In this document: piece after piece, positions 38,401-51,279 of the stretch
Layout: each line of letters starts with the position of its first letter
Position numbering within the stretch: position 1 is the stretch's first letter
NCBI GenBank assembly: GCA_907165135.1
Contig: OU015566.1
Span: 5,704,001 to 5,768,000, forward strand
Length of the DNA: 64,000 nt
Reading direction: 5' to 3'
Source of the DNA: Oikopleura dioica
Lineage: Eukaryota; Animalia; Chordata
The notes under the pieces: generated by a model
What the model saw: only the letters and a program-made list of their open reading frames with translations
Databases searched by the model: none
Told to the model about the DNA's origin: nothing
Program-made: the position numbers and the translations under genes

Positions 38401-41400
38401 TTTCCCACACCCAATTTTCAATCATGGGCGTTTTACAAATTGCTTCTGTGTGATCGTTGTTAATTTGACAGTCGACGAGCTCCTCACCGCAGAGCGTTCC
38501 CATGTTGTTGTCGTAAAATCCGCTTCCAGTGATGGTTATGAGTTTTCCGCCACCATACGATCCAATATTCGGGTTTACATTGTTAACTTTGAAACCCATT
38601 TCGAAGACAGAACTTTCGTGAATAGCACTACCAATGCTGTCGAAGTTGATATCCAGTTTATACTCACCAGCTTCTTGACCAGGAACTGTGCAAGAAAGGA
38701 AAGCATTCGTGCCATCGCAGTCGACTATTGGGCAGTCTTTGTCGCCGATGGAAATTGTCACGCCACTGCAGCCGTTTGGAAGACTGTCGAGTCCAAAGGT
38801 GACCTCTTCATTGGCAAGGTATTTGTTCGACCAAGTTGGCTCGCTTGACTCGCTCTGCTGAGTGATAGCAATGTTCGTTTGAGTATCAAATTCGTATTCG
38901 CAGACACCAGGGGCACATGATATTTTTTGGTTACTGAAAACGATGGTGGCTTTTCCGTCGAAATCTTCAGTTACAGAATTAAAAGCTGCAGGAGTAATAA
39001 TTTCGATTTTTGTTGAGCTGATTGCAGTGATTTTACAAGCTTTTGGATCATAATTTTGGCCACAAATATCGTCTTCTCCGACATAGAAATAGATCTCTCC
39101 AGTTGGAATCTGCAAGAAATTCTCACTCGTCGTGAAACGAAGTCGATGTCCGCCACCCATTGATCCCTTCTTTACAGCGTTGTCGAAAGATTGGATCTCA
39201 AGCTCGAGATGGAATTGTCCGACGTTGACGTATCCATAATTGTCAAGATACAAACGAACCTCGTAATCGTCAAAATTTGGATTAGGAAGATTCAAAGAGA
39301 AATGGCAAGTAGGACCAGAACAAGAGTGCGTAACGGTCATCGAGAGCCAATTGTTATTGTTATCTTCTCCTGCAGCACTCACTAATCGACACTCTGCTTC
39401 CGCCAAAGCGGGATGACCGAGAAGAGAAAGATCGAAATCGACAGTAAAAGCACTTTGAACCGATGGAGGACCTGCAACGTTAGCGATATCATTAGTTGGA
39501 TCAACAGCGGTATAAGTTTGTCCAGCAAATGCTGCGGTGAAGCCATAATCGCCAGTGTCAGCGCAAAGTTTAATATCGTCTGCATTGTACTCATCAAAAT
39601 CAGTCTCGCAATAGTAGACTGCGATTGCTGTTGGAACTCCAAGAGAATCGGTGTTTGACAATTTGCAGAGAATTTCCGTGGCGCTTACGGAAATTACATT
39701 ATCACAAACACTGACAGCCATTTTTGCAACTGGGAACTTATCGTATGCGAAATATTCGCCTGTGATCGTCAAAATGCCGCCTCCTTGATTTGAACCCTCG
39801 GCCGGATAGATGCCAGAGCATGTCGGGGAAAAGGTCTTTTGAAGTGCAGTCAAGCTTCCGTCGATCTGGGCCAACCCTCGCCCGAATTGATTTACGTGTA
39901 AATAGACTTTCTCATTGATGGGCCAATTATCAGTTGTCTGTCCGATATTAGCTACAAGCTCTCCAAAAGAGCTTATCGATGAGATCATAAAAGGAATCTT
40001 TGCATCCGGATTCGTTTTCGTCACAGCGTAGACTTCATACTGATCGAGGCAGTCTTTGTTGTCGGCGAGCCCTGAAGCGGTGAGCTGAACGGTATTGCCG
40101 CTCCAGGAACCACTCGTTACAATCGGACTTCGAGCAAAGGAGAATGTGTGTGTCAGACAGCCAGTGCAGTTCGCGGAAATCGTCGAGGACGGAAGTTGAG
40201 TTGAGATATCAGTGTCGATTGGGCCACAGTTTTTCTGTGTGTTCCATTTATTTTTCCAACCGGTCCATTTTTTGACCTGATTTTTGATAGCAGAAAAACC
40301 ATTAACCACGACTTCAACTTGGACCTCTCTGTCAACGGGATCGTTGATTTCAATAGTTCCTCCTGGTGTTACTGTTCCAAGATCATCAACAGGTCCGGTT
40401 GTAAAGGAATAGACTCCAGGTGCTTCATCAAAAACTCGATAAATCTCACCACTTGACGAGCTTTGTGGTGGATAAGAGAATTCTCCTGCAGGAACAGATT
40501 CTAGCGCAACGTTAATTGTGCTTTCGAGCTGCCATCTAAACACGATCTTGTCGTTTTGATTGATGACAAAGTCGGATGGTGACCATCCTGTTCCGATAAA
40601 ATTTGCTACATGAGTAGTGTAAGTTGCATGTGTCAAGCATACAATTTTCTTGTTCGTTTGCGAGACGATGTCGCAGTTTTGGCCACCAATTGTGACTTGA
40701 GTAATTGTCGAATCTACACCAAAACCTTCTCCATCAATTGTCAAAAGAGATCCACCTGCCATCGAGGACGATGTCGGGGCAATTGTATTGATACTGAGGA
40801 TTGTTTCTACGGTGATCGAGTCTGAGTATCCGAACTCTCCGATAAGTGCTCGGAACTGATGTGCTCCTGGTGCTCTCGCTTCAATGAAGAAACCATAAGT
40901 ACTTCCATTCACAATCGCAGTGTGGACTTCGTCATCCTCAATGAAGAAAGTGACTGTTTCATTGAGAATATCTCGATCAAACGTCACCGTTACATCGTTT
41001 CCCTCAACACTGAGTGAGGATACATCAAGTGTGACGACATTTGCAGCGGCGTCATAAACATATGTCCCGAGGGGCTCCACATCGCCATCAAAGAAGATAC
41101 TAACGGATGCGCCGAGACCATCGAAATTTTCAGGTGATCTCACAATCACGTCATCGACAGATCTGCCGACTACTTCCACGATGGTATCCCCGAAGGCGAT
41201 GTCACCTTGAGCTAGGCCAAATCCGTCACCGCTGATTGTTACTAATGTACCACCATTGACGTTTCTGCCATCGGGGCCAACGGTCACACTGACACTTGTT
41301 GAAGAAGAGACAGTTACTTCAAGAGCAGTTGTGTACTCAGCGAAACCTGAAATAAAAATGACGTTTATGTCAGAAAAATTAAAAAAATTAGATCTTAGCT

Positions 41401-44400
41401 CAGATTAATTTTGCATTATGGGTTTTTTCCTGTTAGACCGCAAGCTGAATTAATTTATGATTTTTAAAATGTCAAATTCTTTGATTTCCTGAAAAGTTAA
41501 CCTGATTCGGAAAGAACGTAGACAGCGCTTGACCCCCATGGAAGTTTTGTATATGAAACTTCAACAGAAGAAGAAGTTGCTGATTTGATCGTGCAGAAGA
41601 CCGTGTCAAAAGTACAAGAGGTATCGCCAAACATGACCGCAACTGTACTTCCAAGATCGCTTCCAAAGATTTTTATTGTCTGCTCCTGCCCGTCGAGAAT
41701 GATGTTGTTCGTGCCAAGTGAAGTTGCAGCTCCGCTATCGATAAATGCGAAGTCGCAATTGTCGCAAGAAGCCGGAACGTTTTTGATGAAAAGTTGGACC
41801 TAAAAATTTTCACCTGAGCTGGAAGCTTTTCAATTTTAAATTCACCTGAGGAGAAGACATTTCTTTTGTCAAAGCAGAGCCGGGAATTTTCCTAACTCTC
41901 ACGCCAGCATCATTTGTTCGCCAAGCCAAATCATTCCCGTGATTTGACATGTCATCACTTGTGATCATGATTTCCGGGAAATCCCCGAGAATCTGGAATT
42001 TGACAATGAAGAAAACACCGTGGCCACAATCTTTTCGGAAAACTTCCAAAATGCAGCCAAAAAAGTCTGGATGTCCCGATTGCAATATCGTCAAGAGATC
42101 ATCTTGCAGAATAGTTTCAGAATCAATCACTGGCGAAATCCACGTTTTGTAATGAAGTTGGAAGGATCCTTTCATTCCTGGGACGATCTGTTGATTCTCC
42201 CATGTGTCGATGATAATTGTATCGCCATTCTCAGTCATTGATGTTCGAAGACCAGTGACTTGCTCTCCAAAGGCGTTAGTAAATTGCATCGAGGTTGGTT
42301 CCGCAGCAAATTCACTGACAACTTCAATCGGTGCGAGAGTATTGGCACAGTTTGCGCCATTGAAAGTGACGGTGATTCTAGCGTCTCCATGCGAGCTACT
42401 GACATCGACGGAGTAAATATCGGCTCCGAATTTGAAATCATCAGAGAACCAACTATTCAGAAGAGCCGCTCCATTGTTCACAAGATCGCTCCAAGTCATC
42501 GGCTCCGTTGTTCGAGAAGACCATCCTCCAGTCAAGCGGAGTCGGAACTGCACGCTGCTTGAAACGGAGCCAGTTGAAAGGTGAATTATGTGTTTGGTCT
42601 TTTCGGCGAAAATCGGCCAGACGTGAATTTGTTGCCGCTCATATTGGTCCTCAAGCTTATGCCCGGAGGGTTGAATTATCTTATACGGTGGAATAGCCGA
42701 CTCAAGTGTAGCGGGGCTCCCATCGCCATGAAAAATGTAACCGTATGATTTTGCTTCGATTGTGTAGAAGCCGTACTGGTAATCGGCATCGAGATGAACT
42801 CTTTCTCCCCAGGAACGGATGTAGTTTCCGTCCTTGTTCAGATCGTAATGGAGACCGTGGTCGATACTGTAATAACCAGTCACGGGGACTCGGAAGAAAC
42901 CTCGCATCGTCCCAGTCTCTGATTGAAGATGATACTTTGTCTTCATAATTCCATCTTCAAAAATATCATTGGCTCCAAGACCGCCAGGAAATCGGGTTTC
43001 TTCAGGGTCAATATTCACTACTGATCGATCGACTTGACAAATGATTTCTTCGGAGGTCGAGGACAGGACTGAACAAGGGATATTTCCTGCGAGAATGATT
43101 TTTGGGGGAGAATTTGCTTTTAGCTTGAGATTTGTTCCAGTGATGGTGATGAGTGTTCCGCCAAATTTTGAGCCTTCGTTGGGCGAAATTGCGTCAATTC
43201 GTGGAGCGAGTGCAAAGTTGGCAGTTTTGCCCTCAGCTGTGAAGTAAAGGGACGTCTCATCGACTCCTCTACCCTTTTTCAAATGAATTGGGGAGATAGT
43301 ATAATCTCCGACGGTTTTCGCCTCTACGCGGCAGGTAAGTGCGCCATTCCATCGGTCTTTACTGTAGATCGAGTACAAATGATGAACCTCATCTTCGTCC
43401 GTGTATCCAAGGCCACAAACAGCGACCTCCTGTGGATTTGGGAAGTCGGTTTCTATCTTAACCGCCATCATATGGTTTTCACGCTCATCCACGTCAAAAG
43501 CGGCGTGATCGTTTTGGTCGCGATCGCCAGCGAGATACATGAAAACAGAACTGTCGTCGCAGAGAAATCGGAACTCGTAATCATCGCAGCCGCCTGATGG
43601 GCAGATGATCATGGAGGCCTGTGAGTGCTCGAAGAGATTTTCCATGTCTTCTTCGTTGAGAAGAGTTCCATCTTTGAATCGAACAGAGAAGCTGATGGGA
43701 GCGGGGCAGCCGAAAGTGGAAGTGAGGAAACGATCCTCGAAAATGATTTCTTCTTCTTCTGTCGTGCCACTCAGCGATGCCCACGGTGTCCACGCTGGAG
43801 ATTTTCCGGGAGCGACCGCGTTGCCATATTTCAAGTCGTACTTGACAGATGCTCTGCCCCAGTGATGAGGGCGAGTGTGGATGATACAGTCCCCGCACGT
43901 AGCCTCTAATTTTTCGCCGTTGAGGTAGACGAGAGTTGCCCATTCCGCCTCGCGATTAAATGGAGCAGCTTGGCAAGCAATCTCGCCTGGATTATACCAA
44001 TGCGTGATCAGCTCACAGGGAACGTAAGTGAGCCCGTTTGCGAAGAAGACCTGGATATCACTGTCGAATAGGTTAATACAATGATCGAAGGAGTCAACTA
44101 TTTTGCGCTAAAGGACTGTAATGGAAATTTTAGCTTTGTATTAGTCTCTTATTTCCGTAATAACCCTGACTGTTAGACATTCGCCCCTCTTCGCCAAACG
44201 AAGTCAGTGATTCTCCAAAATTTTCGCCTGAGATGGTAAAGATCGCACCACCTCTGGTTCCCACCGCATTCGGAATTACTTTCGTCACCATCGGTGTTTC
44301 GTCTCCGACGGCTTCTACCCGCTCATAAGAATTCGTGTCAGTTGATGGACTATCGTCGATTTTGATGATGCATGAATCAGCTCTTGCACAGGTAAACAGA

Positions 44401-44770
44401 GTCGAACCAGCGTCATTTTGGGCGAGAACGCTTATGTCGTACCGATCAAAGCCAGCATTCAAAGGAAGGCCGCATTCTACATTGTTGTCGGTGATTGATT
44501 TGATCTTGCAATCATATGTTAATCCTCCAGCGCTAAAATTCAATTTGACGCTGTGTTTTACTTATTTTTGATTTCTTATTTTTACAATTGAAAATTGAAT
44601 AATGATTAAACCTACTTTGCTCGCACGGAAACAACGTCAACATCTCGGAAGTCTCCACCAACGATGACAGAAGCTTTTTCATCATCAGCAAATCTTGTCT
44701 TCGCAAAATGGAGACGCGTTTCCTGGCCAAGCACCCCCACAAGGAGGAGCAAGGCCCTCAGAAAAGCCAT
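29411..44770 (-). CDS. PKHD1L1: Fibrocystin-L (PKHD1L1)-like giant protein with C-terminal Thr-rich stalk and ZP module, about 4700 aa by my estimate
   Basis: Signal peptide MAFLRALLLLVGVLG, many IPT/TIG repeats, two G8 domains (WSSPFTWG..; WEDPLCW..) and PbH1 repeats. All 3' junctions from 32.8 kb to 29.4 kb are phase-compatible into the Thr-rich exons, ZP-N and ZP-C. Confidence 0.9.
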
Positions 44771-45722
44771 TTTTCTCTAATTCGCGACTTTCGAATGAGA
44801 CCAGCAGAACCGAAGCGAGTTATCGCCGCTGCTATCTAGATGAAAAATAGCGCCGCCTGCCATAAACATTTTCAGAGTTTCTGACTGGAAAAATCTTGCG
44901 ATTTTCTTCGGTCAAAAGAACAATCAGGTTAGTGACCTTTTTTTAACTCATGCGTGGATTTTGCCATTTTTAATTGAAAAATTTCAAGAAAGCTTAATCA
45001 AATATGGTCGAAAAAACAAACCATCGGTTCAAAGATAATCAACAGAGCTTTGTCTGAGTTTTATTTGTCAAAATGAGATTAGAATTTTTCAATTTTGTTA
45101 CTTTTTTGACTCAATAACGGTTGTTGTTTTGCAATAAATGATGGAAAAGAGCGTCAAGTAGTTGTTTTTAAAATAAAATCGCTTCATCTTATCACTTGTT
45201 CGAAAGCTTCGGAATAAAAACGAGGCAGATTCGTCAAGTGGCCTCCTGGAAGATTCACGATAACGATTCAAATAAACTCAAACTTAAATAACATGAGATA
45301 ATTTGATCCTTCGGGCGGTGTTCGTAAAGGTCGACGAAACCGCAGATCTGAATTCATCATAATTGAGGGAACAAATCAAGCAAATAATCATGACCCCATT
45401 TTTGGCAAGTAAAATTTATTCGGGCGATCATGTGTTTCACTTTACGATCGTTGAGAATTCATGACCTTATTTGACTCATAAAAACGTCAAAATACGCTAA
45501 TGGTGATAAATGTAAATTTAAAACGGAAATCTCATAATAGTTGAATAAGGATTGTCAAAGCAATAAATGATTTGAAGCATGAAATTCTGAATTCAAGTAA
45601 CAAAAGTGATTTACTGACCTTTGAGATGGCAAATAGAAACATCAACATGGTTGATCATTAAGCTCATGGCCAGTTTATGAGCCCAATAAGTTAAGCAAAG
45701 ACAGAAAAAATTTTCTCCGAAA

Positions 45723-46913
45723 ATGATAGAGAAAGATAAAATTAAACTTTGGCTCCATGATTTGATACCAAAACTCGAAAGAAAAACTTCAAGAAGTGCA
45801 AAATGTAGGCTTATTAGATCTGTGGAACGACAAGTATTCAACGAAAACCATTTTATTGCTTCTACATGGGTTTCTTTTCAATTCAAAATGAGCAACAGGG
45901 GAATTCTTACAGGCTATGTTTTCAACAAGAACAATAAAGGAGGATACAAACTTCTTTCTTCTTGGCCGGCAACTCCGTTCCAAAATCACCTGATCCAGCG
46001 TTACAGATATTTGCTTGGCAAATATATTTTCAAAAATCAGATTCGAGCGGAAACAGAATTATGGACAGTTCAAACAGAAAAAAAGAAAGCTGGGAATTCA
46101 CCTCAATCAGGTACTTCGCCCATCCATTTCCTAGATTCAGGAGGAGAAGCGCTTATATGCAAAGAAGATGTCGCCTTCAATGCTCTCTACAGGGTTCATT
46201 ATTTTGATCCGTTTCTTTTCACAGAAAAGTTCTGCGATGAAATTCGATATCGAATCAACTTGGCTTCGGAATTTCTGGAAGCTTCAGATTCACGAGACCA
46301 AAAAGAAAATTCAATTCCTGCTCATAAAAATGTACTGAAACATATTGCAAATATTGAATTCTTTCACCATTCTGATAAAGATTTCGTCGAGTGCCTTGGT
46401 TGGATAACAATCATGGAAGAAGGTGGTAAAGACTTGCGATATTTTCTTCGAAAGAATGAATTCGACATTAAAAAAAGAAAAGATTTGGCGATTCAAATAC
46501 GTGATGGAATTAAGTACCTATTTGACATAGGACTTGAGCATAAAGATCAAAAATTGGAGAATATTGTCCTATTTGGGCCGAATAAAATTCCAAAATGGAT
46601 AGATTTTGGCTTGATGTATGATCATACTGGCAGGGAAAGTTATCGGCGAATGGGTTACGTGAGAAGAGGGAGCAAATTTCGACGACATCAATGTTTAGAA
46701 AGTGGGACTCCTGGAGCTTGTAGCACTCACCAAGTTCTTGGTGGGCGTGTTAAACAGAAAAACACGGTGCCTATCGGTAAGCATCCCTTTTTCTTTCTTT
46801 TTTGCGACTGGAAAACTGCATGGACTCTTCTTTTGATGCCTATTGATGAAGATAAACGAGCGATGTTTACCAATCTGTTAAATCGTTGCAACTGGGGTCA
46901 GCACATGAGCTGA
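45723..46913 (+). CDS. Divergent protein kinase-like ORF, possibly degraded at the 3' end
   Basis: FLDSGGEALI (G-loop-like), HKNVLK, IMEEGGKDL, HKDQKLENIV and WIDFGL. Confidence 0.75.
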   Translation: MIEKDKIKLWLHDLIPKLERKTSRSAKCRLIRSVERQVFNENHFIASTWVSFQFKMSNRGILTGYVFNKNNKGGYKLLSSWPATPFQNHLIQRYRYLLGKYIFKNQIRAETELWTVQTEKKKAGNSPQSGTSPIHFLDSGGEALICKEDVAFNALYRVHYFDPFLFTEKFCDEIRYRINLASEFLEASDSRDQKENSIPAHKNVLKHIANIEFFHHSDKDFVECLGWITIMEEGGKDLRYFLRKNEFDIKKRKDLAIQIRDGIKYLFDIGLEHKDQKLENIVLFGPNKIPKWIDFGLMYDHTGRESYRRMGYVRRGSKFRRHQCLESGTPGACSTHQVLGGRVKQKNTVPIGKHPFFFLFCDWKTAWTLLLMPIDEDKRAMFTNLLNRCNWGQHMS

Positions 46914-47170
46914 CTAAGTGAAGCCATCAAAGATCAAATTCTGAACCGTCTATGATGGCTCGCCAAATTCTTGTCAGTTATTTTATCTTAATAAGTCCAT
47001 TTTTATAGTTAAAAAAAATCTTTGAAAATGCAAAATGCCGAATAGTTTCGTCGGAAAATAAGCTATTTCTCGACAGGATATCTTTTAAAGTCACAGTAAT
47101 GATAAAATCGCTTTTATGATTTTTAATCAAAATTTTTGATCAAACAACGTTGGATGGATGGATCCTTTAA

Positions 47171-47715
47171 CCTTAGCCGGCCAGGGTGTACGAACTATAG
47201 AACAGGGGTCAAAGAACTACTCCCTAGGTCTCCCACCGAAGTGATTTTGAGTTTCGAAAAACGGAAGAAACTGTTGGGCTATTTATCGATAAGCTACTCT
47301 AATGTTAACTTTCGACTACTCTTGGTTAGCGTTAGGGTTCGCAAATAGGCTTATTTTGAGAACAGCTGCATGCGCCATGTATGGTGCATTGCAACAATGG
47401 CGCCGACACCTCTGAAGGTGTTTTTGGCCGGTAGGCAGTATTTTTCCGAAAAATCTCCCTCTTCAAATAGGATGACTTCATCCGATGCTAAAACCCAAAC
47501 CAAAATCCGCACCCCAACCCAAACCCAAACTAAACCCAGATCCGAACTCTAACCAAGAAGGCAAAAACAAACCCAAAGACGAACGTAATAGACTTTGACT
47601 AGATTTTTCAAGAATAAAAGCAGGTGATGCTGCATCACTGATGCTGCATCACTGATGCACCACTCATGGTGCATATTGCCGGTAGAGTCAGAAATAACAT
47701 TTTGACCGGCTAAGG
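47171..47715. mobile_element. piggyBac-like MITE (545 bp)
   Basis: TTAA|CCTTAGCCGG ... CCGGCTAAGG|TTAA. Interior has AACCC-like repeats and a TGATGCTGCATCAC tandem. Confidence 0.82.
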
Positions 47716-47891
47716 TTAAAGTACTTTTTGTCCTAAACTCAGGCCCTGTGTGAATAATTCAGGCCTGTCTTTTTGCTCAGATCAGGCTCAGAGTTCTTAT
47801 TCTCGAGTCTCGATTTACTCAGGCGTACAGGTCAGGCTGCAGAGATCAGGACGAGCGCATGTGCTGACTTCAGCATAGCAATGCTTCGTTT

Positions 47892-48832
47892 TTGAAGAAA
47901 AGTGAAAAAACGATCGATTGGTATCTCACAGACGATTATTTCAATTCCGTATCCGAAATTGTTTCCCTTCAGAATTCATCCTACAAGTTTGTGCTGGATA
48001 AACATTGGACTAAATCACTTCATGTATCAGAATTGTACGAAAAATTGAAAAGAAATTTTCATCCAGGCTTTGAAAATATCACGAAATATGTCGTCGACCA
48101 AAAAGACTCGAATCTTTGCGTTCCCATTTCTCTGACAACAATCCTTCGGACAGCTATCAGAAAATGTTTTAGCAATTATGTTTACCGGCCAGGAGTAGGT
48201 ATTTACGACGAGCAAATGGTCAAAAAGTCATGGAAGCCTTTTCGGCCGAACGAATTCTTTATTTTCTGACAATGAGAATATATCCCCGAAGTTTGGCTGG
48301 GTTGAATCAGAATCCAAAAGAATCTGAAAAAGACATGCAAGATTTTAACAGTTTCGAAGATATTCTTGAGCGAATGGTGAAGTCAACTTATGCATACGAG
48401 CCTGGATGGGGCTGGATTCGAAGAATTATAACTGATGATTTTTTGGCTGTTCCTTATCAGACAAAGAATTTATTGAAATCATTCAAATTTCGTTACAAAA
48501 AAACAACTATCGACAAAATAGTGTCCCAACGACCATTGTCTGTTACTGGCGCTATAATTTATTTCGATCGTCAGAATAATCAATTGTATACTTCACGCCA
48601 TCAAATGGTACTGGATAGAATAGAAAACACCGAGTTTATCCTTCAAAATACACAGGAAGACGAGGACAATCCTCGATTCTTGCCAGTTCCGGTAACTCGG
48701 AAATTGTTTCAGTTAAAAGATGGTTACATTGAATTTTGGGAGAATCCCCAAACAAGAGCAAACGATCAATCATTCGACGAAGATGTTTGGTACCTTTCGA
48801 CAGAAGCATATTCTGTTGAAATTTATATTTAG
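47892..48832 (+). CDS. Papain-fold cysteine peptidase-like ORF pair with a frameshift near 48225
   Basis: SNLCVPISL (catalytic Cys) and RHQMVLDRIE..FILQNTQ (His, Asn) in papain order. The two ORFs join if one A is added in the GTCAAAAAGTC run. Confidence 0.55.
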
Positions 48833-49073
48833 TTGCAGACTTTCGCCTTCAAAGTATAAAATAAAATTATCATTTACAATAAAAGTCTTACATCATTTGT
48901 ATTATAATTTCGATTATTTGTGATCGATAGAAAAATAATTTCTCTAAATATGAAAGCTCTTGATTACCTCATTATTTCGCAAGTAGTTTATCTAATTAAA
49001 CAAAATTTGAAGGATGAAATTCAAGGAACGTCAAAATTTTTATTTTCAAAATATTTCTGTCGAAAAAAGAAAG

Positions 49074-50050
49074 TTACATTCGATGCCGCATAACAGAAGT
49101 TTGTCTGGCAATAATGGACTTGGACATGCTCTGGCGAATACTTTGACTTTGGCGGTAGGAAAGCGGCCCCGTCAGATTCGCAGATTCGCGCAGCTCTTGA
49201 CCAGCGGCGGTGCAGGCGAGAACGCGCAGGGCTTCGTTGTTGGTCGTCAACGGATCGTTCAGAATCTGCATTTCTTCCATGATTCGGCACAGTTTCTCGC
49301 GGATTCGAGTGTATTCCCTAAATTTGTTTTACATTTCCGACCCCTAATTCTAATCTTTACCGCAAGTTTCTTTCCAGAGCGTTGATAATCATGAGTACAT
49401 CCTCGACTCTGTCAATATTCATGTTTCCGAGACCAGTTTTGAAAAGCGGCTTCTGCTTAAGTTTCTGGAAGGCTGGATGATTGGCCATAAAGATAAGGGA
49501 TGCTTCGTCCCCGTCGTCCATTTGGTTGTTGTTTTCTTCCACCTGAGTGGGCTTCTTTTCTTCCTGATCGTCTGTATCTTTCTCTGAAAACGAGTTAGAG
49601 GGTGGCTTTGAAAAAAGAAGGAAACCTGAGTCTCGGATCGCGTCTTGCTCCAGCATCGCGTTGTCCAAGTTTGTCACGACCCGGGCGACGATCATTGAGT
49701 TCATGATGATGCCTAGGTGAGTTTTCAATAGATAATACCTATGGTTTAAAGGGCACTTACTGAAGAGAATGATGAGCAGAATGTTGACAAAGTACCAAAA
49801 GATGAAAATGAGCTCCCGGTCGCCGAGTTCCGTGTCTTTGCCGTAGTCGTAGAAGTCGAAGCCGCTCTGGAAGTTCATTCGCCACCCATCCATCGTCAAA
49901 AACACGAAAGCCGTCCAAATGCCGTCTTGAAAGGTCTTGAAGTGCTCCTGGACGTACTCGCTTTCGACGAACATCTCGCAGCCGAGAGTTACTTGTTTTG
50001 TGGCTCAGAAACAAAATATAACCGAGCTTTTTTATCGTCATGATAAGGAC
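49074..50050 (-). CDS. CatSper-like (CATSPER4-like) channel, S5-pore-S6 and C-terminus only
   Basis: HFKTFQDGIWTAFVFLTMDGW (CatSper-type TxDGW pore), NSMIVARVVTNLDNAM and coiled-coil EDVLMIINALERNL. Confidence 0.7.
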
Positions 50051-50144
50051 GCGTTTTTATGGCTGAAGGATTTCTGCTTCAATATAATCTGTAGACACTT
50101 TTTGTCAGGGCAAGTATTGAGTTTTTTTTCAAATATGAGTTCTG

Positions 50145-50781
50145 AATTGAGAAAAAAAGCAATTTCCAGCAATTATTCTGAAACGAAAGTTGATGGATTT
50201 GCGGCTATGAATGGCGGAAACGACGACGAAAATGCCAAAAATCGCTGTTCAAAAGAAAAATGGAGCTTCAGAATTGCAATTGTCGTTTTTCTGATTTTAG
50301 CAGCATTGACAATTATGAACTTTATCTTTCCTGAATGCCACTACCCGCAGCGAAAATGCAAAACAGCCAACGGAACTGTCTGGTTCACAAGTATTTTTGA
50401 CATTTTTAAGCGAAAATTGATTATTTTCAAAAAGGTAAAACGCTGAAAACCCGCGAGGAGAGTATCGAGTACTGCGTAGAAGCTGGCTCCGAAATCGCGA
50501 ATGTCTCAATCGCTCGAAAAATATTCGAAGAAGTCGGAGACCATTTTAGCGAGCAGAAGAAGTTTTGGATTTTCGGTACGTTTTCTACTTTTCTATCTTT
50601 TTCTCAATCTCATCTTTCAGATGATAGTTTTGTATTGAACGAAACAAGAGAAACCGATAATGAGTTTGCAAATGACAGCAGACTTTATTACGAAACCAGT
50701 CCGAGTATGGCTTACGATAGTCGGAAAAAGTGTATATCTTTTCTTAAATCTGACCAGGAATCGGTTCGATGTTTGATTTAA
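50145..50781 (+). CDS. Type II membrane C-type lectin-like protein
   Basis: Cytoplasmic N-terminus and TM IAIVVFLILAALTIM, then CTLD-like TREESIEYC...KKFWI...KKCI across short introns. Confidence 0.55.
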
Positions 50782-51279
50782 CAGATTCAATTTTAAAAAT
50801 AGTTATTTTGGGAAAAATTGACAATTGAATTTGAGAACTAAGGCCCAAAATAGCTGATTTTTCAAGCTGAAAACTGTAGATTAGCTTGCCCATTACGAGT
50901 GTACCCCCAGCCTCGAATACAATTATTTCATGATGTTGACATTGGACAAAGCTTGTCCAGAAAGAAGCCCAGTTCGGATGACCTCGATGGATTCACTAGC
51001 TTGGCGCGTCGGGGATGTGAACATTTTGAAATACATGAATGTCTCGGAAATCGAATTCAAATCTCTTCGAAATGTTAAGAAAAAAACATGAAAGGGCAAA
51101 TCATTCTTTTTTAGGGAAGTTTCAGATTTTGGTGACGGTCGAAAAAAATTTTTTTCTTGTTTTGAGTCAATTATGAAAGAGTACTAAAAATGAAGCATTT
51201 TGGTATGTTTCTCGAGTTCTATCTCTTACGAATCTCGGAGATATGGCCTTCTGAAAGTTGAAAAACATGCTTTCTTATA

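Noticed and set aside
32813-44000. Many 60-130 aa plus-strand ORFs
   Set aside because: Antisense shadows of the PKHD1L1-like CDS.
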